Positions 10,090-20,629 are shown, numbered from the stretch's first letter. The stretch: DNA of 64,000 nucleotides from a virus (IMGVR_UViG_3300037420_000470:23298-87297); one strand, 5' to 3'. The notes: a model not told the origin generated them from the letters alone. Numbers and translations are program-made.

Positions 10090-10467
10090 TCAGCCAAAAT
10101 AGATTGATTTATTCTGATCGTCGGTTTTAGGCTCAGACTGCACAGACTTTTCTGCTGGCACTCTATCGCTGATTTCTGAATTGCTTGGGCTATCGGGCTT
10201 GTCTGCTTTCTCAGGCAATATTCCTGCTCTCTTGCTTGTGACGTTGTGAATGACAAACTGTACAAGAGCAACAATACCAAAAGCAATGCTTGTAGCTTCT
10301 TCAGTAGATAGTTGAACACCATAGCCATAATCCCCTGCCACCTTAACTAACAGCATAATAAATGGGACTAGTAAGGTAGTGGCATTACCTCTATCCTTCC
10401 AAACCTCACTGTTAGATAGTTCACTACCCTTCCTAAACAAATTAAACAAGTCAATCAGTTTATTCAT
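10090..10467 (-). CDS. holin-like membrane protein
   Basis: two TM segments and charged tail, directly after the endolysin. Confidence 0.55.
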   Translation of the reverse strand: MNKLIDLFNLFRKGSELSNSEVWKDRGNATTLLVPFIMLLVKVAGDYGYGVQLSTEEATSIAFGIVALVQFVIHNVTSKRAGILPEKADKPDSPSNSEISDRVPAEKSVQSEPKTDDQNKSIYFG

Positions 10468-10468
10468 T

Positions 10469-10990
10469 TTAAACTCCTAATACTTTCTTAGCTGTTATAT
10501 ACAATGCAGACCTATCTGCAAAACCGTTATAACCACCATTAATAATCCTTGTGATTCGCCTAAAGTCTCCTACATCAGCGAGTTCATTTAGTCCATGCAC
10601 CTTCCACCACCAAGCACTCACTCTACAAGCACTTATAGGTTCTTCTAGCAATTCTGGATGCTCTACACAATCAATGTCCAAGGCAAGCATAACAGACACG
10701 TAATTAGATCGTCCTGTAACCTGTATAAGCCCTCTTCCCTTGAACCTAGTACCATCCCCTTGCATAACGTTTCCGAGGTCTTTACGGCCCTCATACGCGC
10801 TTCCAGAGGCTATTTCCTTGACATACCTAAGCTGCGCTGACTCATGCCCTATCTGAGCTAAGAAAGCCGCTTGTCTTACCGGCGTACTGATATCGAATTC
10901 AGTCATCGCAGCGTTGATATGCGCAAGAAACAAGTCTACCCTTTTAGCCGCTAAAGGCATAATGACTAGTAATTGTTCCTTTGTGACCAT
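10469..10990 (-). CDS. endolysin, glycoside hydrolase family 19
   Basis: AAFLAQIGHES, YEGRKDLGN, FKGRGLIQVTGRSNY. Confidence 0.9.
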   Translation of the reverse strand: MVTKEQLLVIMPLAAKRVDLFLAHINAAMTEFDISTPVRQAAFLAQIGHESAQLRYVKEIASGSAYEGRKDLGNVMQGDGTRFKGRGLIQVTGRSNYVSVMLALDIDCVEHPELLEEPISACRVSAWWWKVHGLNELADVGDFRRITRIINGGYNGFADRSALYITAKKVLGV

Positions 10991-11274
10991 TACTTATCCT
11001 GTTTGTTATCCAACTTGACTTCAATCCTATCAAGTTTAATCTCAAGTTTCGAAGAAAACGCTTCAAATGATTTATTAAATGCTTCAATAGCCGCTTGCAA
11101 TTCTCGCCTTGTAGCATGATTCTCCGCTACGTGAACTTTATAGTCTGCGAACTCTTGTGCCAACCTATCAGCCTTGGTTTTTAAGTCTCTAAAACTTACC
11201 CATAATACTGAGCAAAACCCTGCCCCAATTGCTTGTAACAACCACAAGAGCATTTGCCGTGTTTCAGCATCCAT
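10990..11274 (-). CDS. single-TM coiled-coil lysis-associated protein (holin/antiholin-like)
   Basis: MDAETRQ start behind GAGG; TM segment then coiled coil; upstream of endolysin. Confidence 0.5.
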   Translation of the reverse strand: MDAETRQMLLWLLQAIGAGFCSVLWVSFRDLKTKADRLAQEFADYKVHVAENHATRRELQAAIEAFNKSFEAFSSKLEIKLDRIEVKLDNKQDK

Positions 11275-11308
11275 ACATTCCTCTAATAAATTCTTCCTAA
11301 CGGGATTG

Positions 11309-11728
11309 TTAAGAAGCTGGTACAAAGCTACGGAGAGCAGACGCTAATGTGTTAGGCCCATATCGCCATGCTTCTTTAATTCCTAATGCATCAGCACAAG
11401 CACGAGAACAAAACCATTTATCCCTGCTTGCTGAAAGAAAATCAAAAATGAAGCGAATATCACCTAAATAGTCGTATGCTTTCCCTTCGTGTTCTGTAAA
11501 CCATTGTCTTGCTCTAATCTCTAGATGAGCAGGTAATTCAATGAAGTCCCAATCATTTTCATGCATCACCCTGCGAGTGATACGCACACCATTCTTCACT
11601 GTTGATGAAGCTGTTGCACCATCACTGAATACTAACTCGCAATGACTGTATGGACCTCTCTCCCACCACCTAATCAGATTATCAAAGAGTCTTCCCTTAC
11701 CTTTATAAAACGCAATTCTAAATGTCAT
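11309..11728 (-). CDS. permuted papain-like amidase (NlpC/P60 superfamily)
   Basis: YSHCELVF before GKAYD...WFCSR (His before Cys). Confidence 0.7.
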   Translation of the reverse strand: MTFRIAFYKGKGRLFDNLIRWWERGPYSHCELVFSDGATASSTVKNGVRITRRVMHENDWDFIELPAHLEIRARQWFTEHEGKAYDYLGDIRFIFDFLSASRDKWFCSRACADALGIKEAWRYGPNTLASALRSFVPAS

Positions 11729-11750
11729 TCTTATTAGCCTTATAAAGAGA

Positions 11751-11772
11751 AAGCTAGGAGCAATCCTAGCTT
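11751..11772 (-). terminator. intrinsic terminator after the tail-fibre genes
   Basis: 9-bp stem AAGCTAGGA/TCCTAGCTT, 4-nt loop, T-rich tail. Confidence 0.6.
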
Positions 11773-11776
11773 GTTA

Positions 11777-12292
11777 TTACAATTGCGAAGCTATTAGATT
11801 TACTTGAGAGATGATGTTGTCATGCTCTTGTTGTGCTGAAGGAGTATCTACAGTAGCATCAATCAAGTACTTATCCATCCTCAAGGCTCCTAGTTGTTGC
11901 AATGCTCCGCGCAACTGAGAAGCCTGGGCTAAGATAATGTCAGCAGCTTGTTGATAGGGGATGCCTTTGTTATCAGCGAACCTACTCACCCAAACAGTTG
12001 GATCACCTGTATAGCCAGCATCTTTAAATGCTTGTGCTGCTACTTCTCTATTCGTATATTCCATTTGAAACCTTTGGAATTTTTCATAGATGGAAGCAAT
12101 TTGAGCATCAACATCAGCTTTTAAATCAGCTTTAACATCTGCCAGAGGCAGTGTATCCACTGGATCAGGGGTGTTACCTTCAGCTACCCATGCAAGATAG
12201 GTTTGGTAGTCTGAATTAGCTTCATCCATTGGGATGAAAGCCCCATCATCTAAGCGTAATATACTTTCGTACTTCGTTAATTTGTACATCAT
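11777..12292 (-). CDS. tail fibre assembly chaperone
   Basis: [26 protein letters not shown] motif; follows a fibre gene; ATGA overlap. Confidence 0.7.
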   Translation of the reverse strand: MMYKLTKYESILRLDDGAFIPMDEANSDYQTYLAWVAEGNTPDPVDTLPLADVKADLKADVDAQIASIYEKFQRFQMEYTNREVAAQAFKDAGYTGDPTVWVSRFADNKGIPYQQAADIILAQASQLRGALQQLGALRMDKYLIDATVDTPSAQQEHDNIISQVNLIASQL

Positions 12293-13125
12293 AGCTCCGC
12301 GTTCAATGTAAGACCCCAATCGGCAAAGTACCCACTACCAGTCGTGGTGATAGTAGCGGCGATACGTCCTTTGGTAGAAGTCGCATTAGCTACACTAATA
12401 CCACTCATATTGTTGTAACTACCACCAGCAAAAGTGCAAGTAGGTGTAGCTCGCATAGGAACAGGCCACGTGATCCCATAAGCTAAAGCCCCACCCGTGT
12501 TGTTATAACCATATAGATCACACTCAACGATCTGGTAATACCGTTGACACATGGTAAATTCAACACCATAAAGTCGCCGTTCAAATGGGGTAGCCACTGT
12601 GCCGGTTTCAAATTGCACCTTGCCCACTGTCCCAGTGTTGAACTCAATAGTTTGATTAGAACCGCCTGTCAACCCTGTAGCCAATACACCTGTAGCACCA
12701 TAGGAGCCGCTATTCACCCTTCCTTGTGCTGTGCCTGTCCAACTCAACACATAGCTACCTCCTTCGATATTCACCCCTTCAATCACCTGTTGAAGCGATC
12801 CTGCAGTGATAGTGATGGTGGTGTCTGTACCCGATGTAGAGAATGTATAAGTGCAACCAGATGCACCAGCTTTCCAACGATCATGCCCATACGCACCAGC
12901 AGAGAGTGACACTGTTCCTGATACGGCTCTTTGGTTGATAGCGAAGTTGCCATTGATGATTTTGTTACGATGGCCTGCCAGTTGCCCACCATTCAACGAT
13001 GTCGCTGTTACGTCGCTCATGGTAGTCAGCAGTTGCCAACCTGTTCCGTTGTACTGCCAAGTTCTGCCATTGAACGTATAAGTAGCATTGAGGGCAGGAC
13101 TGGAAGGGAAGTTTATGTTTGCCAT
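12289..13125 (-). CDS. receptor-binding protein 3 (anchor peptide plus fibre domains)
   Basis: N-terminal NINFPSSP motif; [12 protein letters not shown]...DRW and CQRYY motifs. Confidence 0.7.
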   Translation of the reverse strand: MANINFPSSPALNATYTFNGRTWQYNGTGWQLLTTMSDVTATSLNGGQLAGHRNKIINGNFAINQRAVSGTVSLSAGAYGHDRWKAGASGCTYTFSTSGTDTTITITAGSLQQVIEGVNIEGGSYVLSWTGTAQGRVNSGSYGATGVLATGLTGGSNQTIEFNTGTVGKVQFETGTVATPFERRLYGVEFTMCQRYYQIVECDLYGYNNTGGALAYGITWPVPMRATPTCTFAGGSYNNMSGISVANATSTKGRIAATITTTGSGYFADWGLTLNAEL

Positions 13126-13134
13126 TTGTTATCC

Positions 13135-13851
13135 TTATGCGCCCAAGTATTGCGCTTCCATGAAGTTGGCGAACTCTCGATTGGTAGCAATGGCATAGCC
13201 CGAATTCAATGCGCCGCCAGAGTTTTGAAGCACGAATAGTTCGATATAGTCACCGGCCACCAGATCGGCAGTGGATGTCCCGTGAAAGTGACTATCCCCA
13301 CCATTGGTGGGGATCGTGGCCAACTGCACCACGGAACCAATAACGTTCGTGGTGCCGTTCTTCTTCAGGTGCCCGTACCGGACGCCTGTAGAGTTGTTGG
13401 CGAAGTCCACACCCCAACTAAAACGCCATTTGCCGGCCATACCCGATGGCACTGTGAACCGGCTTGGATTAACGCTGGTGTCGTGAATGTCGTTTGTATC
13501 CCATTCCTCAGTATTAAACGTGAGTGCGGTAGGGGTATTATTCGGAATCGATTGCGTCCCATCGTTATAGGCGCGGCATCCGATATATTTTGTATTTGTA
13601 CTCCCATTCCCTGCCACTTCCACCCATGCATAACTATCCCCATCACCTAGCCATGTGTACTCAATGCCGGATGTGATGTCGAACCATTGATCCCCTTCCG
13701 TGGGGTTCGATGGCGCGGTGCCAGAGCGAGTGTAGACATTGGAGCGTACTGTTTGTAAATCCCATGCAGTGCCGTTGAAGACCCATGTGCGGGTGCCGAA
13801 ACTGTAGGGTTGCCCTGTAGAGGGACTTGAAGGAAAATTTATATTTGGCAT
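13135..13851 (-). CDS. receptor-binding protein 2 (anchor, docking module, C1q-like head)
   Basis: NINFPSSP; SGTAPSNPTEGDQW...DGDS; C1q-like C-terminal domain; GC-rich. Confidence 0.7.
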   Translation of the reverse strand: MPNINFPSSPSTGQPYSFGTRTWVFNGTAWDLQTVRSNVYTRSGTAPSNPTEGDQWFDITSGIEYTWLGDGDSYAWVEVAGNGSTNTKYIGCRAYNDGTQSIPNNTPTALTFNTEEWDTNDIHDTSVNPSRFTVPSGMAGKWRFSWGVDFANNSTGVRYGHLKKNGTTNVIGSVVQLATIPTNGGDSHFHGTSTADLVAGDYIELFVLQNSGGALNSGYAIATNREFANFMEAQYLGA

Positions 13852-13853
13852 TG

Positions 13854-15812
13854 TTATACTCCTACCCTATAGCCACTGAAATAATTACCAGAAAGGCTTG
13901 CATAGAGCGTATTTGCTGTGCTGGTGTAGTAATACGGCTTTACGGTATCCCCGGCATTAAGTCGGACGACTGGAAATGTAGTTATAGCCTGCATTGATAC
14001 TGCGGTACTCAGATTAGGAGGCCAAGGAATATCCCTAAATTTTTCAACACCATTCACATAAAGGAGATTGATCCTAAGTGCCGATGTTGCATTCGTTTCC
14101 ACGACACCCATCGTAAACACATAATCGCCCGCATTCTTGGCAGTGAACGTACCATCCGATCCGGTTTCGGATAGCATGTCGTGCGCAATCGTATCCATCA
14201 CGACTTGCGTATATGTTGCCGCTGAAATAGATTGCGATGTTGAGCGCCCTACTCTAAAGCTGGTCTTGACTCCACCATTTGATTGCCACTTTCCCCGGTA
14301 CAGGCGCATGATGGTGCCGACACCGATGCCATTAGTAGCACTAGCAGTGAGTGTCAATGAGGTAATATTGGATATCGTAAAGGTACTACCACCACCTTGC
14401 TTTTGAATGTAAGGGGTAGTGGTGTTTATGCCCTCAGTGAATTCAGAAGAGAATCCGAAATATCCGCTAGGCAGTTTTGAGCAATACAACTTGCCAAGCA
14501 TATCTCTATTAGCTCCGTGATATAGAGCATTGTTATTGTTTGCTCTCCCTGAAGTGATAGTGGTACCACTGCTGGAGTTATATTCAGTCCAGTAATTTGT
14601 GGTTGTGGTATTACCGTTTATGCCAATTTGAATATCTGCCGCAACCGCTCCAGTAAGTTCAATTTCCAGTTCGTACCAACCATCAACACTGCTATCCAAC
14701 CCGCCGAACGTATAGCTGGTCGCTGCTGAAGTGATCACCACTTCCTGCACTAAGTTACCCTGCCCTGCTTGCGAACCATTGATGACATTGCCGGTTTCAA
14801 CCCATTGAGATGAATCTCCATCGGAGAAGTATGTGTACTGTCTCCCTGTAGTCGTATCTAACCAACGATCACCAGCAGTAGGAGAGGATGGAGCCGTACC
14901 GGAAGCTGTGAATGTCCCACTACCTCCACCTGTAGCTGCTGCCCAAGCAGGATTGCCACTAACAACTGTAAGCACTTGCCCATCAGTTCCTTTAGCAAGC
15001 CTTTGTGGAGTGCCTGAAGTACCTCCGATGATGATATCACCAGCGGCAGTCATCGGGTTGGTCATACCACCAGCATCAACTTGCCAAGAAGCGTCATAAT
15101 CGCTGTTGCTGTTCTTCTTCAGCACTTGACCTGTTGTACCACCAGTAGGTACACCACCTTGATTTGCTGCTAGGTTGCCAGTGATGTTCGATGCGTTACC
15201 TTCAAGGTTGGCTACAATCGTTCCTGCTGTGCCTGTAAATACTTCTGATGTGTTAGTAGCATCAGGGATGAATGTAAGTTTCTGAGTGCTTCTATCAAAG
15301 CCAAAGAAACCTACTTTAGCAGTGCTGCCGTTATGCCAACGGAACTCAACACCACGATCTTTATTGTCGTCAACTGTAGGGGCAGTATCACCACCGAGCG
15401 TGATGATCGGATCATCTACTGTGACTGTTGTAGAATTAACTGTAGTGGTTGTACCATTAATCGTTAAGTTTCCAGTGACAGTGAGGTTCCCACCAACAGT
15501 TGCATTACCACTTGTAGATAACCCAACAGCGGATAAGATACCTGTGGATGGGTTGAATGTGAGTTTTGTGCTAGAAACTTTCTCTGCTTGATTGCCTGAT
15601 GCACCACCAACCCAAGTAAGATACACTGATGCGTTGGTTGCTGTGTCATCAGTGATGGCTATATTATTTGCATTTGTTGCCGTACCAATAAAACCATCAG
15701 CAGTGACAGTTGTGCCTTCGAACGAGCCAGCAGCGATGAGTGCAAGAACATCATCCATCTCGTTCAATTGAATGACGTAATCTTTTTGTCCGGTATAAAA
15801 CCTTGTTGACAT
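13854..15812 (-). CDS. receptor-binding protein 1 / long tail fibre
   Basis: 652 aa Gly/Thr-rich; GGTTGQVLKK and GTDGQVLT fibre repeats; docking module; C1q-like end. Confidence 0.75.
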   Translation of the reverse strand: MSTRFYTGQKDYVIQLNEMDDVLALIAAGSFEGTTVTADGFIGTATNANNIAITDDTATNASVYLTWVGGASGNQAEKVSSTKLTFNPSTGILSAVGLSTSGNATVGGNLTVTGNLTINGTTTTVNSTTVTVDDPIITLGGDTAPTVDDNKDRGVEFRWHNGSTAKVGFFGFDRSTQKLTFIPDATNTSEVFTGTAGTIVANLEGNASNITGNLAANQGGVPTGGTTGQVLKKNSNSDYDASWQVDAGGMTNPMTAAGDIIIGGTSGTPQRLAKGTDGQVLTVVSGNPAWAAATGGGSGTFTASGTAPSSPTAGDRWLDTTTGRQYTYFSDGDSSQWVETGNVINGSQAGQGNLVQEVVITSAATSYTFGGLDSSVDGWYELEIELTGAVAADIQIGINGNTTTTNYWTEYNSSSGTTITSGRANNNNALYHGANRDMLGKLYCSKLPSGYFGFSSEFTEGINTTTPYIQKQGGGSTFTISNITSLTLTASATNGIGVGTIMRLYRGKWQSNGGVKTSFRVGRSTSQSISAATYTQVVMDTIAHDMLSETGSDGTFTAKNAGDYVFTMGVVETNATSALRINLLYVNGVEKFRDIPWPPNLSTAVSMQAITTFPVVRLNAGDTVKPYYYTSTANTLYASLSGNYFSGYRVGV

Positions 15813-16639
15813 TATAGTTCCTCTATCTCAATCGTTGAACTGAATTGATTTATGAATTGGTATTTGATAGAGCCTTGCCTAGACATCTTTCCGTATATCT
15901 GGAACACTTGCTCTTCTGTAGGGTCATCTGCTTCAGGAGTGAGGCTAACGTAAATAGGTCTAAATAAACCGTTCCCTCTTAGGATGTTGTACACCTTGTT
16001 CCTATCCTGGGAAGTGAGGAAACTAACATCAAAACTTAATGTCTTAGCAATCGTTCCACGGTCTGTTCTCAAATCCCCTGCATCAGTGCGCTCTTGTTTA
16101 CTGTTGTCAGTGATACCGACTTGCACACCGTACTCAGCGTTGTATGTCGGACTCCAATAACTCCCGCATATCACCCTAGATGCTTCGATATAACCGAGAG
16201 TGTTAGTATTATCAACGATATCAATTACTAGTTTTTCATAAGCATCTTGAGTAAACCAAAGTACACCATAAGTTCCACCACCATATGAATAAGCATTGAC
16301 TCCTAATGGCTCACTACCCCAATTAAAGCTAGTTAAATCACTTCCTTCACAAGCATATCCAGTAACATCAATTAAAGGGGTTGTGTCAGCAGCATGGGCA
16401 TACCCTCTTACTCTGAATGTGGCAAGCGGCGATAAACTACAAAATGCTAGAGCTACCATACCAATGATTTCAGCAGTAGCCCATGTGATTGTTAATGTTG
16501 CTGTGGTTGATGTACTTCTCCACACTTCCGATTTGAAATCTGTGAGTAAGTTATTTACAACAAGACCACCAGCAGTTGAAGATGCAGACAATGTAGCTCT
16601 GTCAGCGGCATTGTCATATACTACTCTCAAGTTGTTCAT
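15812..16639 (-). CDS. minor tail / distal tail protein
   Basis: position in tail module; MNNLR start. Confidence 0.55.
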   Translation of the reverse strand: MNNLRVVYDNAADRATLSASSTAGGLVVNNLLTDFKSEVWRSTSTTATLTITWATAEIIGMVALAFCSLSPLATFRVRGYAHAADTTPLIDVTGYACEGSDLTSFNWGSEPLGVNAYSYGGGTYGVLWFTQDAYEKLVIDIVDNTNTLGYIEASRVICGSYWSPTYNAEYGVQVGITDNSKQERTDAGDLRTDRGTIAKTLSFDVSFLTSQDRNKVYNILRGNGLFRPIYVSLTPEADDPTEEQVFQIYGKMSRQGSIKYQFINQFSSTIEIEEL

Positions 16640-16641
16640 TT

Positions 16642-17244
16642 TTATTCCCAATCAATTGCATCAAGTGCTGCTATGCTAGTTTGTGCTGCGATTTGATTAC
16701 GGTAAGTGCGTCCCTTTTGGAAGGTCGTATCAAGATGTACACCAAGGGCTTGCCCAACAGCTATCATCCCTTGTGCATCAAGCGTAACTACGCTATTGTC
16801 AGCAACAGTCCAATTAATACTGAATGGTTGATTAGCAAGTTGGGCAAGCAGTGCTAACTGTGCTGCTCCTGCGATTCTTTGCACTGAAACAGGGTCAGAG
16901 TCATACAAGATGTTGTTATAAATAAATCCAGCATTTTCTTGCTTAGTCCTTGCACGTTTGATTCGTTCCCATGCTTGATCTTTAGCAGCATCTAAGTTAC
17001 GAACATCTACCCAATCACGAGTAGTCACTGACCAAACAAACCCTTGCTTTGGCTGTGCTTTACGTTGCAATTCTTCAGCAGTGTATTGAACAAATTCACC
17101 ATCAGCAACGTAGCCAGTGTTAAAATCTCCAACAGCTTCAATGACAAACTCGCCCTCTTGTGCTTGCAACTGAAGATCACCATCTTGGCAAACACCGCAC
17201 CGAATGATTTCTCCAACGGTGTTGTGAACAATAAAATTCTTCAT
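16642..17244 (-). CDS. DUF4376-like tail assembly protein
   Basis: YDSDPVS..RI.GA...WTVADNSVVTLDA motif. Confidence 0.65.
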   Translation of the reverse strand: MKNFIVHNTVGEIIRCGVCQDGDLQLQAQEGEFVIEAVGDFNTGYVADGEFVQYTAEELQRKAQPKQGFVWSVTTRDWVDVRNLDAAKDQAWERIKRARTKQENAGFIYNNILYDSDPVSVQRIAGAAQLALLAQLANQPFSINWTVADNSVVTLDAQGMIAVGQALGVHLDTTFQKGRTYRNQIAAQTSIAALDAIDWE

Positions 17245-19157
17245 CGTTTCGCTTCCTGAATATAAATGCGAGTCTCTGAAGCAGAGATACCACCACTAAG
17301 TTCCGCAGTGTATGTTACTGACACACCCGCTGGCGGAGTGTCAATATAAAAATCCAAAATATGCGCCAAGCCAGAACCCGTTCCATCCACCGTGGATTGA
17401 TCAACCACTGAACCATTCTTCTTAATATTTAAGAAAGCAGTTGAACCACTCAGTGTTCCCTTCCCAATGGCAAATATAGCCAGTGTCCCGCCAGATGGTG
17501 TAATAGTGAGAGAGGCTGTTCCACTAGCGGAACTTGCTACAGAGGGAACGGTTACAGCATTACCAGCAAGGTTGATCGTATTGACTGCATTAATAGCCCC
17601 TGCCGTGAGTGTTCCAGCGAACGTGCCAGAAGCCGCTGACAATGCACCACTGAATGTTGCATTGCCAGCCGATGTGACATTGAATTGTGGAGAAGCTATC
17701 GCGCCGCTGCTTTCAATCTGTAGGAAGCCGATGGACCCATTTGCTGCCCATTGGTTATAGTTGCCTAGCAAGAGTCCAGAACTGCTTAAATGGAATCCAC
17801 CGCCAGCACCGTTTGCAGGCCATGCATAGGCAGATGTATAAGAACCGCCATACACAGCACCAGCAAAATTACCTGAAGCAGCAGATAACGTACCAGAGAA
17901 TGTAGCTGTACCATTAACGATGCTAAATGCAGGAGCGTAGACATTCCCACTAGCCTCAACTTGGAAATACTTGCCACTGTTGGCATTGCCAATAAGCAAG
18001 CCTGCTGCACTTAAATGGAAACCACCATTAACACTTCCTGTAGGCCATGCGTATGCACCTGTAGGATAACCAGCGCCACCATGTAAAGTAACACTGTAAA
18101 TATCACCAGATGTAATGTTACCAATGTTTGCGCTAATCGCTGACAAACTGGTTACACTAATCTTCGATGCACCAACCGTTCCACTGACAAGCAAATTACC
18201 ATCAACTACCGCATTAACTACAACCCATTCGTCACCATTCCAGAATTTAGTTTGAGAGAAGTTTTGTGAGTTATTGTATTGTGTGACTGTGTCATTTAAT
18301 ACAGGACCACCATTAATACTAGCTGTAGTGGTTGCTAACGTGTCAGAATAAGTATTTGTTGTTCCAGTAAGGGCAACATAGAATGTCATGGAACCCCGCG
18401 CACCAGCTAAACCTGAAAGGGTTTTCACCAGTGTTAGTGTCTTATCTAGCGTTGTTGCACCAAAGGTTGCCCTTATGGTGAGCGTTACAGTAGTCTCGCC
18501 AGTATCAAACCCTTTAGTGACAGAGTACGCTCCAGTAGTGGAGTTTAATGTATAAACCAATCCATCAGGATTGCCACCAACAGGGATAGAGAATGTGCAT
18601 GTATTCGTAATATCATACGAACCTTGATACACTTTAAACGTCCCTGATGCGCCGCTATAATTAATTACATTCCCTAAATTGTCGCAGGGTAGATGATGGT
18701 ACTCGTTAGTCAGAAAACCTTTAACAGTGGTAGTTGCACTCTCCCTTGCTTTGATAATACTGACTTCATCAGAGTAGGTAGTGCCATCTTGCGTAACAGA
18801 TACTTTAATCGTGGCATCATCAGTTGTCATATCCCCGTTAGCGATAGTGATTACACCATCTACTATCGTAGGGGCAGGAGAGATTGTGCCACTAGTTACA
18901 GTAACCGTAGGAGTTGCTGTGAGGCTCTTAAGAGTTACAGCAATTACAATTGATGTAGGGTAAACAGAACCAGAGTTAGGAACTACGAATACTTGAGAAC
19001 TAGCACTGAGCGATACTGATCTTAACCCTTGAACAATTAAACCAAGACCTTCAACTTGATCCTGGCTCACAACAATATTAGACGATGCTGTAACAGTTGC
19101 TACTCGTGGTGAAGTAGCCTGCAACAGTATGTCACGAGCATTAACTATTGTAGCCAT
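17241..19157 (-). CDS. tail tip / central fibre protein
   Basis: 638 aa beta-rich; LSAISANIG and internal repeats. Confidence 0.65.
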   Translation of the reverse strand: MATIVNARDILLQATSPRVATVTASSNIVVSQDQVEGLGLIVQGLRSVSLSASSQVFVVPNSGSVYPTSIVIAVTLKSLTATPTVTVTSGTISPAPTIVDGVITIANGDMTTDDATIKVSVTQDGTTYSDEVSIIKARESATTTVKGFLTNEYHHLPCDNLGNVINYSGASGTFKVYQGSYDITNTCTFSIPVGGNPDGLVYTLNSTTGAYSVTKGFDTGETTVTLTIRATFGATTLDKTLTLVKTLSGLAGARGSMTFYVALTGTTNTYSDTLATTTASINGGPVLNDTVTQYNNSQNFSQTKFWNGDEWVVVNAVVDGNLLVSGTVGASKISVTSLSAISANIGNITSGDIYSVTLHGGAGYPTGAYAWPTGSVNGGFHLSAAGLLIGNANSGKYFQVEASGNVYAPAFSIVNGTATFSGTLSAASGNFAGAVYGGSYTSAYAWPANGAGGGFHLSSSGLLLGNYNQWAANGSIGFLQIESSGAIASPQFNVTSAGNATFSGALSAASGTFAGTLTAGAINAVNTINLAGNAVTVPSVASSASGTASLTITPSGGTLAIFAIGKGTLSGSTAFLNIKKNGSVVDQSTVDGTGSGLAHILDFYIDTPPAGVSVTYTAELSGGISASETRIYIQEAKR

Positions 19158-20626
19158 TACACCAATACCTCAACTGTGATGTGCGGATTCAACCAATCTG
19201 TTGCTAACGAAATGATTTGCCCTGTCACTCCATCAGATAAACCAAACCTACTGTGCTTTATTGTTTGACTAGCACCTAGTTGTTCAAGCATCAAATGTGG
19301 CATGCCCGTATATTTATAGGCTTTGCGCTGCACCTTATACATATCCAACCTACGAAGTGTTTCATCTGTAGCATCCGAAGCTGTTAGCAACAAGGTTTCT
19401 TGCATAGCAGGTTCTACAAATGTTTTGTAGTCGCTTTGTGTCAATGTGTCAGAGCGAGTGACTGTCAACCACTCTTGAGCAAACAGATCAATATGATCTG
19501 CAGGGATACCTGTTTGTAGGTTGGTTTGTACAGTCCAATTCTTGCAGTAACCAATTTGAACACCAGCTACAACAGCGGGAAGCTGAGATACAGCTAGTGT
19601 TTGAGCAACCATGTCCTTTGCTTCAACAATGGTTCCACTCTCGCTACGTGGTAAGGTTAGCTTAATCAGAGTTAGCTTACCGCTACGATTAATCAACACC
19701 CTTCCACCAACGCTAGTTGCTAATTGATTGCAACATTCAACAACGTTTGCCCTATCCTTTAAATACAACCCTACAGGCTGTGTGTTAGAAGCTGCAAAAT
19801 CATCGAATGCAGCCGTTTCTAACTCGTCTAGGGTGAAACGCTTATCTACATCTCCAAAACCCGTTACAAGCCGTTTTATGAGGTTTGCAACGTCATTTAC
19901 ATATGTATCCGGTTTATCACCTTGCACACTTGCTGTAATCTGTCCTGCTGGTTGTGCAGCAAGCCTAAACTTGCCAAGGGTGAGCAATGGAGTGAAATCA
20001 ACCGGAACACCGTTGTCTCTTACTTCAATAATCCCTTCAATTGGTCCATCATGAACTTGATACTCATTAACAGATGGATCAACTAGTAAGGGTTCAACAT
20101 TGTGGCACTCTCCAAAGCAAAGCGGGATTAGCCTATCTTTATTTGTTGTTGAGCCACCTAGTTTATTCTCAGTGGCAGGAGTATTTAATCGTTGCATCTT
20201 ATCTGCAACTTTTAGATTCAACCTGCCCCTAGATTTTGTATCAATACTGACAACTAAGCCATCGAAAATCTGACGGAAGTCAGCCCTAACCCAACGTACA
20301 TCTCCAATGAACACTTTGATAGCACGATTATTCCAGATATCATCTAACCATGAATCTCTGTCTCCTGATAGATTATCAATCTCAATATCACCGAAGGATA
20401 AACTTGCATTACCCTCTAAACTGAGAGTTTCTGTAAATTTAATTCCTCCAACGATATAGGGAGCGTAAAGTGTATTAGCAGGAGTGTCACTAGGGCTAGT
20501 GACGTATCCTTTGTTAGACAAAAGGCGTGTCGTTTCCACGCCTCCTGTTTTAACATCTACTTCTATCAGAACACAACGAATAGCTGTAGTATCTTTCAAC
20601 CATGCTATAAATTGTTCATCAGTCAT
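19157..20626 (-). CDS. tail hub / tip protein
   Basis: 489 aa directly after the tape measure; IPLCFGECHNVEP motif. Confidence 0.6.
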   Translation of the reverse strand: MTDEQFIAWLKDTTAIRCVLIEVDVKTGGVETTRLLSNKGYVTSPSDTPANTLYAPYIVGGIKFTETLSLEGNASLSFGDIEIDNLSGDRDSWLDDIWNNRAIKVFIGDVRWVRADFRQIFDGLVVSIDTKSRGRLNLKVADKMQRLNTPATENKLGGSTTNKDRLIPLCFGECHNVEPLLVDPSVNEYQVHDGPIEGIIEVRDNGVPVDFTPLLTLGKFRLAAQPAGQITASVQGDKPDTYVNDVANLIKRLVTGFGDVDKRFTLDELETAAFDDFAASNTQPVGLYLKDRANVVECCNQLATSVGGRVLINRSGKLTLIKLTLPRSESGTIVEAKDMVAQTLAVSQLPAVVAGVQIGYCKNWTVQTNLQTGIPADHIDLFAQEWLTVTRSDTLTQSDYKTFVEPAMQETLLLTASDATDETLRRLDMYKVQRKAYKYTGMPHLMLEQLGASQTIKHSRFGLSDGVTGQIISLATDWLNPHITVEVLV

Positions 20627-20629
20627 ACG

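Noticed and set aside
12289-15812. DGR or recombinase-driven shufflon acting on the fibre genes
   Set aside because: No reverse transcriptase; shared modules differ at synonymous sites rather than at adenines only; all genes are co-oriented with no inverted crossover sites seen.
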